DNA from: Octopus vulgaris
Taxonomy: Eukaryota
Length of the DNA stretch: 64,000 nt
Assembly (NCBI GenBank): GCA_951406725.2
Contig: OX597814.1
Span: forward strand, 133,362,001 to 133,426,000
Direction of reading: 5' to 3'
The number at the start of each line of letters is the position of its first letter. Position 1 is the stretch's first letter. Shown one piece after another: positions 26,967-41,059 of this stretch. Made by a program: the position numbers and the translations under genes. Below the pieces are notes generated by a model. The model searched no databases, had not been told where the DNA came from, and saw only the letters and a program-made list of their open reading frames with translations.

Positions 26967-27357
26967 CTAGCAGTATCACCCGGCGTTGCCCGGGTTTGTA
27001 AGGGAAATAACTATAAAGCATTTTTAGAGAGTTATAGCCAAAACATAGCAAAAAAATGCATTAAAAATGGAAAAAATATGATAGTAATTTTTTTAAATCG
27101 TTGACTCATCGTAGACATTTTTAGAGAGTTACTTCCCTTATATTTAAAAAAATATGCATTAAAATAGAAAAAATGATGGTAAATTATTTTTAAAATCGTA
27201 GACTCATCGTAGACGCGCGCTAATACCCAGAAGGGCTCGTTATAAATCACGACTATAAGATACTCGGTTTTGGTTAAACTGCACCGGAAAATGTGGGAGT
27301 AGTTAGGAATCTAAATCGGAGTAGACAGACACACAACCTTACTTTTATATATAAAGA
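26967..27357 (-). mobile_element. Non-autonomous Helitron (391 bp)
   Basis: A|TCTTTATATATAAAAG...TGTGTGTCTGTC 5' end. 3' hairpin cccgggcaacgccggg then CTAG|T. Internal ~100-bp duplication. Confidence 0.88.
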
Positions 27358-27689
27358 TGTGCTTTTTCGATTACTAAATTTTTTAAAGATCCTTGACACA
27401 AATGTTCCTTAAATATGCCAATATATTTAGCTCTAAAATGCATTTAGATCGTATCGCTTGCCCTGTAAATTTTGTCTTAGTATATTGTAATATCTAATTC
27501 TATAGTGTAATTCCTATTTAGAGAGGAGGGAGAGTATCGCTCAAAAATATGCATGTAGAAAACAATATATTGCTCACGCGTTCATATATACCTTGCCAAA
27601 ATTATTCCAGAAACTCACCAGTAAGGTCTTTCTTTTTATTTCGATTGTCATCCTTCTCGTTTCGTGCCATCCTGCTTCATTCCGGTTGT

Positions 27690-27924
27690 GTCTATGGCCT
27701 TACATGGTTTATTTCGCTCGCTATAATTATATCTGACTTTCTTGCATTAATAGTAGGGTCAGGTTTTATGGGCAAGCTCCGTAATATCTGTATCAGGGCC
27801 TCCCAGGTCGTGTTCATACCAATTTCTATTTGTTTCCAAGGTACATCCTTGGCTAACATTCCAACGCACTATTTTACGTACATAGACATACCTATCCTGA
27901 TATACATTTTGTGCTAGTTACAAA

Positions 27925-27972
<48 letters not shown>

Positions 27973-27979
27973 CATCATC

Positions 27980-28044
<65 letters not shown>

Positions 28045-28450
28045 AATTGAGAAACTGCAAACGAGTTAATGAAAATTGCCTTTTTACGATGGAATTCGAA
28101 ATAGATAAAGATTTTTTTACGATTTTTATTTCTTTTGGGGAAAGGAGGGATATTTTCAAATGCATAATTTCAGTTACCTGGTATTTTAGAGTACAAAATT
28201 TATGTTTACATCTAGATAATTTCCGTTTTGTGCGAGTATATTTTAGTTTTGTTCTTTGAGCGGTTAGTCTCTGTAAATTATACTTGCATTCCAACATATT
28301 TTTCTGAAATCCCCTTCCGCCTATTCCCATTTATTTGCCGAGTAAAGTACTGTCGGTTATTTAGAATGTCTGATTTTCTTTGGTTTATTCCTATTCTGTC
28401 GAGGTTTGCACGTTCCCACTCCCGAATACTTAACAGTAGAAACAAAGCTT
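27690..28450 (-). mobile_element. Fragmented Dong-like remnant split by a (TAA)n/(TAG)n microsatellite
   Basis: RGFQKNML...LTAQR is N-terminal-like; NRNWYEHD...ARKSDII is RLE-region-like. Confidence 0.4.
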
Positions 28451-30935
28451 CATACTTCATTAAACCTTACATAACTTGCAAACACGTGGGTGTTGCGACT
28501 AAGATGTAGAATCATAGGCATTGGTCAAAGAAAGTTCTATTGGGGCAAAATATGAAGAAACATTCCACTGCCAAATGTTAGGCTATCTACAGGAATTTCT
28601 GAAATTAGTAATATCCATGTTGAGCAATTTACGGAAAGAATTACTAAATTTACAGATTAATTCGCAGGATCGGTCTACATTAGAAATTATGATTCAAATA
28701 CTAACCACTTGTCAGATATCCGTATGAGATAGGTGTGCACTAGGAATTAGTATCTGGGTGAACATGATAGGTGTAAAAGGGGTGATCTTTTTCTTGTAGC
28801 GCAAACATTTTTGAATGCTAGAGCCAAAATAATATTACTCTGCTGGTGTGTTGCTACATATACCTTTGACGCAACTAGGATAACTAGGAAGAAGACGCAA
28901 CATTTCAAATTAAATTTATATCTATAAACAATGGGCCCAGTAATTGGATAATTTATCGACCTATATTTGTTAGCCACTAAGATATCACGATATGTTTAAA
29001 AAAAGATGCAGATAAATTTATCCACTTCATTAAATGCTAAGCATTGAACAGCAGTCGAATTTCATATCCATGCAAAGATATGAGATCTGTATAGAATAAA
29101 CGTTTACTACATAGAGAAGTGAAATCGCTATCAAAATGTCTAACCATTCAATTTGAAAATCATACGAATGTTTTTTATTTATTATTAAAGAAAGAAATGA
29201 AATCTTGCAGTATTGGCCTTGTATGTCATCCCATTTGTCAGACGTATCTGGAAGGCCTCATGAAACTAATCCCTTTCTACATTGGATAAATGCAAAAATA
29301 CTTAGTTTTCTAATGTAAAATTGAATCGTTCATGAACATCCAATCATTTAGACCCTGCAGTACAATGAAAGATTTGAAATATTTCCTTGTAGCAATTTGA
29401 AGATTGTAAGATTGTGCTGGTCATTATCAAGCTTTTGGTTTGTACATAAAAATTGCTGCTAATATTTTATTCCAGACATATGTAATTATACATTAATTTG
29501 TACATAACCCATTCATTCTAGAAATAGAAAATGGGAAATTTATTTTTCTGATGATCTGGCATTCGATTAAAGTTTCATATTTCAACTTTCAAACAGATTT
29601 AGGCAAATGCTGACATGTATGAAATTTCCAATATTACATGAATCAGCATGAAAGTCCTTCAACCCTTTCCTTTCCAATATGCAAATCTTCCAGTTTAAAT
29701 CAGTAGTAACCATAAAATAATCTCTGCCTAATAAGAAAATATACCATCCCCAACAAATATCGAGTATTGCGTCAAAACGGAGAGGTACACAAAAGCATTT
29801 GGAATGTTGATGTAATATATACATACATGCACATGCGCACACGTATATATATATATACTCCTTCTTCTGTTTCTACTTCATCTTCTCCTTCTTCTCCTCC
29901 TCCTTCTCCTTCTTCTCCTTCTCCACCCTCGGCTGCTTCTGCTTAAACTATCAATTCTCTGTGCCCAAACATTTGCTTCAGATTTACTAGCACCCACCTA
30001 CCAAGGCATTCACAAAGGAACAGAGAAAGAGAGAGAGACTATCTGAAGATTATGGAAATATCTACCTACTTAAAGACTATGGAAAAATCAACAAAACATT
30101 TCACTTATTTAATTGTTTTTCCTTATTTTACTGTTAGCTGAAAAATTCTAAAAGACGGAAACCGGTACAAAATGTACTTCATGATAAAACTATTTTAGTA
30201 TTTTCTCTATTGTCTTATTTTCCTTATATATATTGTACTTGTGTAACATTGTCCGTCTTTTTCGTCCTTGTTTTCTTTGTATCGTCTGCCTGGATGTGTT
30301 GTCCCATTTTTATATCACCTAACTGTCCGGATGTTTTGCGTTCTTGTCCCATTTTGTATATGTGTGTGTGTATAAATAAATTAAATGGAGAGATACTATT
30401 GAAAATCCAATCATTTATATTATAATATTACATGATATTCTATGAGTATAATATAACAATATTATTTAACATAAACAATTATTAAAAATAACAAGAGAAG
30501 ACCAACAAATTTTTTCGACTTATATACATTTTCTAATATACATACACAATAACAGTCCCCTTATAAATAAGTCACTTCAGAGTCATGGTTTAAAGATAGA
30601 CGAAATTCCGCGTGAAAAGGATGCTGGATTGTAAAAATTAATTCAAATGTCTATGTATTATTTATCATACATCAATTACAAAAACACTCTAACGGACGAT
30701 ATAACCAAGTGCAATCCATAAATATGAAAATTCACTTCATTACATCCCAAACACATACTAATCGAAACCCTTTAGTGTCCAACATAGTCCTTTGTCACCA
30801 CAACATACAACAATAAGATAGGTATGCACATATATAGCGTCCAATAACACTATCTATACTTGTTCCACGTCCTCGCGTTGTTGCGTTTTCTATTTGTTCA
30901 TGTTTGGATTAACTAGATATACGTATATATAAATA

Positions 30936-30977
<42 letters not shown>

Positions 30978-33459
30978 TTGTGTGTGTGTGTGTTTGTTTG
31001 TATATAATTATCTAAGTCTTCCCCTATGTATAACTTCAACAAAAAATATGTAAACAATTACATATTCAATACAACTCTTCTATTTAAATTAAATTATATG
31101 AAAAAAATTATTGTTTAAATTAACTATTAATAATCTTCTATATTTATTGTTTTCTCGAATGAATAATTCCGTAGTAGATAGGAATAGAAACCTAATAAAA
31201 ACGTTCTCTGTCTACTGAATTTATTGAGGGAGAATTTCGTAATAATCATTAAACAAGTTTAAACAGTCATGTAGGGAGTGTATATGCCTTGTGACTTGCA
31301 CTGATGGAGTCTCTGTTGTCTCACTGGTATGTATTGAGTCTGACCAACTGTATTTCCACTCGTGAAATAAACGTTTAAAAGTGTTTCTACAAACACTCGC
31401 GCACTAATCCATCTCTCAGGCCATATCACCGTAACAAGACTAGTACTTTAAATTTCAGGTATGAACCAAACGAAAATAGAGGGAGAGAAAAAGCGACGCC
31501 AGTATTCGGCGGGTATCTCATTTATTGATCATGGAAACAGAAGGAGGATTTGAAGTCAGAGCACTAGAAAGAACACAACGACGCGTTCTACCAGAGAGTG
31601 TAAGGTTTCTTGCAAAATATATTATTGATTGTCCTCCATTGTTAGACGACACTTTTTATAATATATCTAATGTTCAAGTTTTATTATAGCACCAATTGCT
31701 GAATATATCGAAAAAGGCTTGTGTGGAGTGTGTTATATATGTTGATGAATTCATATAAGTACTGTGTACGTGTAGTAAGTAATGAGTAGTGATTGTAAAG
31801 ATTACACTTGTGTGTCGTGCAAAAGGTTTCCTATACAAACAGTATATCTGCCGCGGAATGTGTGATTTGTCCAACCGAGCTAATTTTGAAGTACAAAGGA
31901 AAGTGAGAGAAAAAATGTAATACCTGGTATTATTTTTATATTGATATTCATGTTATTCATTGTACATATGGTTGGAAATTATATTTTGATAAGTCCTATC
32001 CTTTCCAATTCACAAACCTCCTGCTTTCTATTTTTTCACGACGTCAACTCTGGGGATGTTTGGTTCAGAATGTTTCATGGTGCTTACCAATGTAATTATC
32101 ATGGTTATTTCACCCTAATTCTCGTGTTATTATTATATAATTTAGTATTAATTAGTATTTGCTATCACTAAAATCATCATTATCGTCGTCATCATCATCG
32201 TCACCACCAGCACCACCACCACCACCATCACCACCACCACCACCATCATCCTCATTATCATCGCTCCATAATTTGGTGCTCTCGCGAAATAAACTATATC
32301 CTCATTGATTATATATTTGTATTTTACATTTAATACATTAATTAGATATACTGAAGTTCGGGGTCAAAATATCTAATATTCTGTAATTAAAAACTTAATA
32401 AATGTGACGTCGTCTGCTGCTCAACCATGCCTGGTGAGATTCATTTGACTTTATTAAAACTTTATTGAAGTTGAGAGCAAAGGCAAAACAAATATTTCCT
32501 TAGATATTCCACAAATTGACTTAGAGAGTTGACATGTTTTCGCAGATAACTATGTTAGTTTCTCGTAGATGTGTGTAGGGGTGGAGGTATGTATACGTGT
32601 ACGTGCGCGACCACTTGAGAGTGTGTATGTCTGTATAAGTGTGCGTGCTCGCATTTACTTCACTGTTTCATTAAATGCCAATGATCTGGTATGTACATTT
32701 ATTTTCTAATGAAATTAGAAATTAGAGATTATCTACAATTAATTTGGTTATGCAGTGCCGATAAATATCAATTGAAGTTAATTAATGACAATGTTTGTAA
32801 TTTAGATCTTTATTTAAACTGTAGATTACCTATAAATAATTTCTGTCTGTGAAAGTGTAAGGTACTGCCTGTGAGTTGATAAACAGTGGAAGGAGGGAAC
32901 TATTGGATGATAACGATAATATCGATCCTTTTTAAAATCTATTTGCTTTAGGCTAGATGTCTATACTTGAAAAGTTTAACTGGAAATTTGTAATTGTGTA
33001 GCAGTTATCGCATTTACCGATAATATGAACCAATATATGGATCTAAACAAGAAGATTATGAGATGATTGAATGGGACTGCTTCATGTTACCTCGTATTAG
33101 TTAAAATTTTCTCTTGCGTTTGACACTTTCTTCAGCAATCTACGCCGTAATTAGAGAGCGTTTTCTTGTGCAATTTGCAATACTCTCCCATGCACAGTTA
33201 TTTATAATTTCATCGAATTAGGCTTTTTAAACTGGACTTTTTAAATATATTTCTTGCAGTTGCAAAGTAGCATTGCTACCAGATACAAAGCATTTTTTGT
33301 TTGGCCGGAAGTTTACAAAATTATTGAATGCGCCCAAAAATATAGCCATATATTTGTAATCCAAATATCTCATCTTGTACAGTTCTATATTTAAGAGATG
33401 AAGAATAATTTACATTTTTTACATTTGACGGATATTTGTCCTGATCTTGTTTATTGTTA

Positions 33460-33503
33460 ACACAACGTTTCCGCTGATATACCCTTCAGCCTTCTTCAGG
33501 TGT
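33460..33503 (-). ncRNA. Minimal type I hammerhead ribozyme
   Basis: acac-CTGAAGA-a-ggctg-aagggtatat-cagcg-GAA-ACGT-T-gtgt. Palindromic stem III (ACGT), as in dimer-dependent PLE HHRs. Confidence 0.75.
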
Positions 33504-33585
33504 CTTAGGGAAATTTTCGAAAGTGGATTCTCATTCGTAAGGTATTTTTCGATGTTATTATTATTATTATTATTATTATTAGTGT

Positions 33586-33657
33586 TCAGGCCATTGAAAT
33601 CGAACTCAGAATCTTGGGGGTAGTAGCCCGCGCTCTTAACCACTACGCCATATGCCC
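33586..33657 (-). promoter_or_regulatory. tRNA-like Pol III type-2 promoter inside the PLE terminal repeat
   Basis: A box TGGCGTAGTGG and B box GAGTTCGATTTC with tRNA-like spacing. Confidence 0.7.
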
Positions 33658-35424
33658 GTGAGCAATTATGGAGTGAATTTTAGGGCTTATAAATCTAATA
33701 TTTTACTATCCTTCCTTAATACCGGTTCAAATATGCTACTTATATCTACACTCGGTCTGCATAGAAGGTTGCTGTATCCTAGCATATGTGCTGTTTCTTT
33801 TAGTTTACGTATTTTCCCGTGGTGTTCTCTGTCTATTATTTTAGCTTCATCCCACAGAGGGAGGTGTTCTCCATTTTTCCATACATGATCAGCTATATTC
33901 AATTTTTCAATATCTCCTCGTGTCACAGCTTTGTGATGTTCGTCTACTCTTATTTTGAGAGGGCGACATGTTTCGACTTTGTATAACCTACCACAGCTGC
34001 ATGAGATGAATTAGACGCATTCTTTGGTCATATTCTTTTCTATTGGTGGTTTTACTCGAAGGAGATGTTTACGAAGTGTTGTATTACTCTTGAATACTGT
34101 CCTGATGTCATATGGGCCGCATATCTTTTGTATCTTTTCGGAGAGGCCTTTCACATCGGCTAGACCATCCATACAGTGTAAAGAGAGGGATTGCTCAGTG
34201 CCGAACACATCGTGCAAAGAATATAAGTAGCGATCGTGATACACACCACGAAGAAATGATCAAGCTCAATAATGACCTATTAAGTAACAACTACTCCAAA
34301 AGTATACTCGCCACTCCAATTATGAACAAAACAAAGGACGAAGCCAATAAAATGTCCACAGTCTGTCTACCTTATGTGAAAGGCCTCTGGTAATCGTTTT
34401 CTCTGTTGTACATATTTTTCCTTTATCAATGCTTTCTCACAAAGATATAAATACAAAATTACTATGTAGCTTTATATTTACAAGTGACATTTTCTAAAGT
34501 AACCTTGCATAGGCTTTGAGAAAAAACCGTTAAAATTCTATTTCTCTCTAAAAGAGTATTTTTACTTCAATAGGCACTACCAACATGAAATCAGAAGCTG
34601 GGCATTTAGATATCCCTACAAATGACTTTTAATTAAAACCTGTAGTCTGCAACTATCTATGTTTACTTTACAATAAGTAGTCTTAGAATTCCTATTGCAT
34701 AGTTATAATCATAAGAAGGCAGAGATATTTTAATACATTGCCTTAATCAAGTCAGTATTAAATTTGAAGCAAGCATCTTCATTGGTTGCACCAATTAATT
34801 TAATATTTTCCATGTATTCCATTGCTATTTACTGCACTTCTGTTTCTCCTTACAGATTCACTTATGAGCAAACATGCCATCATAAAAAATGATCACAGAT
34901 AACATGTACTCTGGAAGAAAGATACAACGCGTTCATTAAAATATCTATATAGGAAAATATTCCAAGAAGGAGTTAACAATATTCAATAGTGTAGAATATA
35001 TTTGCTTACCAATTACTAGGGCGATGAAATAATTTTGTAGCAGAATATATATTTTCTGTTGGAAAATTGACGTCACACCTGGAAAAATATTTTCCTGTGT
35101 TGCTTACACTATCACTTGCAGATAGCCTCCTTGTTGCTCATCTTCTCATTCTCATTACCTTCTAAGTAAAGGAAAATTTGTTTGCTCATTCGAGTAATAT
35201 TTAATGGACAAAAAACGTGTTTTAAATAATTGCGTTCCAATTTCATGGTTTCGATCCACTTGTTACACACAAAACTGCGAACCAGTGAAGAAACTCAAGC
35301 ATGAGGCCACTTACTCAAATATAGGATGTAATAGTTGACCCCTGTCTGACATTCAAGTCGCAAGGCTTCAATAAACCCATGCGCGCGCGATTGTGTATGT
35401 GCTTGTATATATATAAAGCAAATA

Positions 35425-35515
35425 AATAACAAGGATGTCCAGGTAGTAGTGCACTACGACCGTTTCAAGAGGCTTCATTAAATTAACCAATGCAATTCAA
35501 GTACCTAAATCAACT
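35425..35515 (-). repeat. Partial PLE terminal repeat containing the 3' half of an HHR
   Basis: cttGAAACGGTCGTAgtgca and ttaggtacttgaattg match 1020-1050 and 1325-1345. Confidence 0.5.
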
Positions 35516-35576
35516 GTATCTTAAATATATATATATATAGTTGTGTGTGTGTTTTCCCCCACCATCGCTTGACAAC

Positions 35577-35664
<88 letters not shown>

Positions 35665-35857
35665 GTAAAGAATATATATATAAATGTTAAAAAATATATA
35701 TATATAAATGTACTTATAATATATATATATACATAGATATATAGTTCTAAATAAGGGAATATATATAAATGTATATTTCTCTGTATATATATATGTTTCC
35801 TTGTTTATATATATAGCACATAAAATATATAAATGTGTGTATCATTCTATATTCTGG

Positions 35858-35900
<43 letters not shown>

Positions 35901-36301
35901 TTAAAAAAGGAGATGTCGAACACATTTTTTTACTTTTGCATCCGTGAGTGATATAGCTTTTAAAAAGGAAATAAGAGGAAAATGTTTCTGGGGTTGTATG
36001 TAGATATGTAAGGTGACAAATAATTGAAGTGAATTTAGTTGAGTAATCTTCAATTAGGTGAAAGATCTTTGTTATCCTTCCAAGGTTGAAGGGGATGTTT
36101 GGTTGCGCATTTGTTATGCTATTTTAAGGTTAATTTTTTTTTGATAAGCATAACAAATGCGCAACATTCTAGAGAATAAAACAAAAGAATCGTTTCCAAT
36201 TTCACCTAATTAAATTACTTAAATTACTTCAATTATTTGTCATGCATTTTTCTTCATTTCTTCCGGAAATGTATATATATATATATATAATATATATATA
36301 A

Positions 36302-36360
<59 letters not shown>

Positions 36361-38029
36361 CATATATATATGCATATATATAGGTAAAAAATTAAGGAGT
36401 GCGTACATTATATAAGTAATATTTACAGGATTAAATAAAAAGACAACAAATGGAAAATATGACCTGCCTCTATATATATAATTAAGAAAACGTGCAGTAA
36501 ATAAACAATCGAACATATACTAAATACACAAGCAGACAGAATATACAGAAGGTCACCAATTCCTCATTAGTTGTCGGTCAGAGGAGTCAAGCGCAAATTC
36601 AGTCATTATCGATAATATTGCTTCAACTCTGGAGGCACCGACAGGAAACTTGCTAAGAATGAGAATTAATCATAAAAACACAAAAACGCCTCGAGGGCAA
36701 ATCTTTAGTGGATGAACAAGGGACAAAACAATAGACAGAATAGAGACTTAGGGCCACACAAAGACAATAATTGATAATGATAATACATATAGAGCGTAAC
36801 GCCTTGGGGCTGCAAGAAAAGACAAAAATGGATAACGCGAAGGAGAAACGAAAATTGTCCTAAAGTTCTATACACGGGAAGGCTAGAGCGAGGAGATCAG
36901 AAAATAGTGTCCAGTACGGTTGAGGGCAACATGAAAAAGAACGACACCGCCTTAGGTCATCACGGCTCACGTGATAGTTGGACGAGAGTAACAGAAAGAG
37001 ACACAGAGAGAGTGTGCACGTGTTTTTGACTGACCAAGACTAAATTTTAATTAATGCTAATCTTATATTTGAAATGGGTAAATTTTACGAAAAGGGCATC
37101 ATTTTTCTTATTGCATTTCTTATTATTCTTTCTCTACAATAGACGGAAATTTAGAAAATCCGCAATCTCAGAAAATTAACCTATATTTGTGTCACGGCGA
37201 TTTAAATCAGTAAGATAAAAGAAATATACATCAAACGGGCGAATGTTTTACTAGTGCACTATTTTACAGTAGTTAATTTTTGCCGCTTCAAATATACACC
37301 TGTGAGATGATTAAAATCCGTTATAAGTTCTTTTTATATAAATCTAAACTGAAATTGTTATATTTTAGCGAATGCTATCGACGCAATCAATTCAAAATAT
37401 GTAAACTTCTCTATATTTCTAAATGCAGAATGCTTGATCGTTTAATATATGTCTACACCACACACAAAGACCACCCAGGTTGTGATGATGCAAATAAAAA
37501 ATTAAAACCGCAACATAATAGTAGAATATTAAAATTTTTGCAACTTAACGGCGGCGGCTAAGATAATATTTTGGAAAAAGCAGAAAAAAACTGATTATAA
37601 TATTTACCTAAAAAACTTATTTAAAAATGCAAAACTAGGCGCGCATTTTACTTTTACTTACAGAGCAAATAAATATTCATATATATTAATATACCCTGGA
37701 CACACAACCGATATTGTCTAAGATGAAGTTAAATGATGATACAGTTTGATGCAGTGTCATTGGAGGAGTTGCTGCAAGAATCATAAAAAACAGAATAGAT
37801 ATTACAATGCAGACCGCCCGCTGTTATAACAATTCCTCCAATACATTGCTCCAATCTGGATCCCTCGTGTGTCACTTTAGCAATTACTGCGCAGGCGCAT
37901 TAGGCTAACATGATACAATGCTTACTCTCTCTTTTACTCTTTTACTTATTTCAGGGTGCATGTGCATATGTGTATATGCATGGATACATGAGTCAACAGA
38001 TACACACATATATATGTGTATGTATTCTA

Positions 38030-38061
<32 letters not shown>

Positions 38062-38107
38062 CTGTGTGTGTGTGTATGTATATGTATATATATATATATA
38101 TATATAT

Positions 38108-38320
38108 ACTCTTTTATTTGTTTCCGTCATTTGACTGCGGCCATGCTGGAGCACCACCTTTAATCGAGCAACTCGACCCTGGGACTTATTCTTTTTGTAA
38201 GCTCAGTACTTATTCTATCGGTCTCTTTTGCCGAACCGCTACGTAACGGGGACATAAACACACCAGCATTGGTTGTCAAGCAATGCTAGGGGGACAAACA
38301 CAGACACACAAACACACACA

Positions 38321-38402
<82 letters not shown>

Positions 38403-38567
38403 CGACAGGCTTCTTTTCAGTTTCCGTCTACCAAATCCACTCACAAGGCTTTGGTCAGCCCGAGGCTATAGTAGAAGACACTTGCCCACGGTGCCACGCA
38501 GTGGGACTGAACCCGGAACCATGTGGTTGGTAAACAAGCTACTTACCACACAGCTACTCCTGCGCCT
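38108..38567 (-). mobile_element. tRNA-derived SINE, family A, with internal (CA)/(TA) microsatellite
   Basis: Head aggcgcaggagtagctgtgtggtaag...gggttcagtccc. Homologous copies at 54352, 48225 and 61740. Confidence 0.9.
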
Positions 38568-39066
38568 ATTAAATAATTTAGGGTCATCAGATAACTGTTT
38601 CATCACTGTAGGTTACAAAATACTTATATCAAATTATTTGGCGGTTTATCTAATCCCTAGTTTTTAGAGTTAAATAACTCTTGTTTATAAGTTTTCTTTA
38701 TTTCCATGTCTAAACCATCTCGACTTGGTGAAGACTATCACACTTGCAAAGTTGGAATAGAACTCAAATTATATCAAATGAAATTACTCAATACACAATA
38801 TTCTGCCGATGCATGAATTTCAGATTATCATTTGTGTCTAGCATGAATTACAATTTTCACGGCTAGATAAATTCAGCATTGAACAACATAATAATCATTG
38901 AAACTTTAATCAATGAAATGTCATATGGCTATTAGCTTATTAATAGGGACCAAACTTTCAGATAATTGGACCACGGATAAAATTATTTCGATGTAGTGTT
39001 GTTATTCGAACTAAAAATTTATATTGTTATTACCGTTATGCCATGATTTCATGCCGTGATTGATAG

Positions 39067-39138
<72 letters not shown>

Positions 39139-39526
39139 ATACGTGTGTGTGTATGTGTGTATACATACAACCAATAACGAGTCGTAAACTTTCGCTCGAA
39201 GATCAAAATGACATGTAACTGAAGTCGCAAGACAAAGATCACCTTCAATTTTCATTAAAAACATACCATCTACGTGTACGGAACAAAATGGAACAAAAAC
39301 GCAATAAGAGGACAATAAAAACATTCAGATACAAAATTGGTGGAACTTTATGCAAGTTCTCTGTCACGATGACGTTTTCTATCTACTACCGCAACGACTT
39401 CACTGAACAGCTACGGATGATCACACGATAGGCCACGTGCTCGGCCACTGGTTTAAATTGATATTATTTAATAATATTAATTTGTACCCTCATTACTTAA
39501 TATATATTACACACACAAATATATAC

Positions 39527-39642
<116 letters not shown>

Positions 39643-40124
39643 ACATTACTATACATAAATACCTCAATGTGTTTATTTATTATGGTAGTTTTGATTTTAA
39701 GTGTCCCTCCTAGCGTGAGTCATTTATGCATAGTAATGCCCTTAGTATAAATAAATATCTTTAAAAGGAATAATTAATAAAATTTTTCCCTCATGAAGTT
39801 TTTCACGCTAACTACTTGATAAATTCTTATAAAGATTTTATCCTATATTTCAATTATATATATATATTAATCTGTATTGAACAGATTGTATTCAACTAAA
39901 CCTCTAGCTATAACAGCAATCAGGTAATTCTATTGTTGCAGACAATAAAGATAAATTATCATATCTGGTACTGTCGATTGTGTTTTGTGTGTTACAGATA
40001 TATTATATGTATTATATATTACTATATAATACATAAATATAACTGAACATATTATACCGGTGCAGATATGCAAACACATATACCGATTCATATATGCAAA
40101 CAAATATACTCTCATACAGAGAGG

Positions 40125-40180
<56 letters not shown>

Positions 40181-40262
40181 GTCTATATACACAGATATTT
40201 ATACATACATATATACAAATATAAACACACGCTAATAGACACACTTATATGTATAAATTTAG

Positions 40263-40362
<100 letters not shown>

Positions 40363-41059
40363 CTTTCGTGATTAAGTAGCATGTGGTTATGATTTCGTGT
40401 TCAAAATTCTCCCTCCTACTGCGTACGTAATTGACACTACCTCTGTTTGTTGATTCTCCTACTCAAATGCATCTGAACACGCACACACAAGCATATGTAT
40501 GTGTGGGTGTAGTTCACTGGTGATCTAAACGAATGGATACGCTGAGTAAGTGCTACAATTGGTTATTCGTTAGGTTCGAAGTTCGCAGCTGAAGCTGGAG
40601 GTATGGATCCGTGTTAGCAGGTGTATATTAGAGGAAAAGGACAAAAGACACGGCAAGGCGAGTGTCTCAATTCATTTATGATAATTTAATTAGGGTAAGG
40701 TAGATTTGAAGTCTTATAGCTTCAAATTCACCTTACCCAAGTGATAGGTGAGCATGTCCATACATAAAGAATTAAAATTTAATAATTAAATGTTAAATTA
40801 AAAATTAAAGATTGCAAAATTAGAATTTCAGGAATTGAAGCTAGCTAAATTCTAGGGTACTTATGTTGATAGAGGTGAAAAGGAAAGGAGAAAAGAAGAA
40901 ACGCACGTATATTGTAACGGCCGTAGATGTACTGATTTTGCTTGCATTTGGACCTATTGAAGAATCTAAAGATGCGAAAGAACTCGTGATTACATGTATA
41001 AAATGCTTCGTGCTGTTTATTGAATAATTGCGGTGAATCATGAATTAATATTTGGAGGG

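Larger units (their letters stand above)
33378..34388 (-). mobile_element. Penelope element 3' part (GIY-YIG domain + terminal repeat) with an inverted 5' segment
   Basis: IADHVWKNGEHLPLWDEAKIIDREHH and KICGPYDIRTVFKSNTTLRK on minus. 34165-34388 is the preceding RT-thumb region on plus. Same family as 58767-60125. Confidence 0.9.

Noticed and set aside
36560-36660. Ribozyme in the hairpin tgtcggt...accgaca
   Set aside because: Only a CTAATGA-like half core on minus; no correctly placed GAAA or cleavage site.
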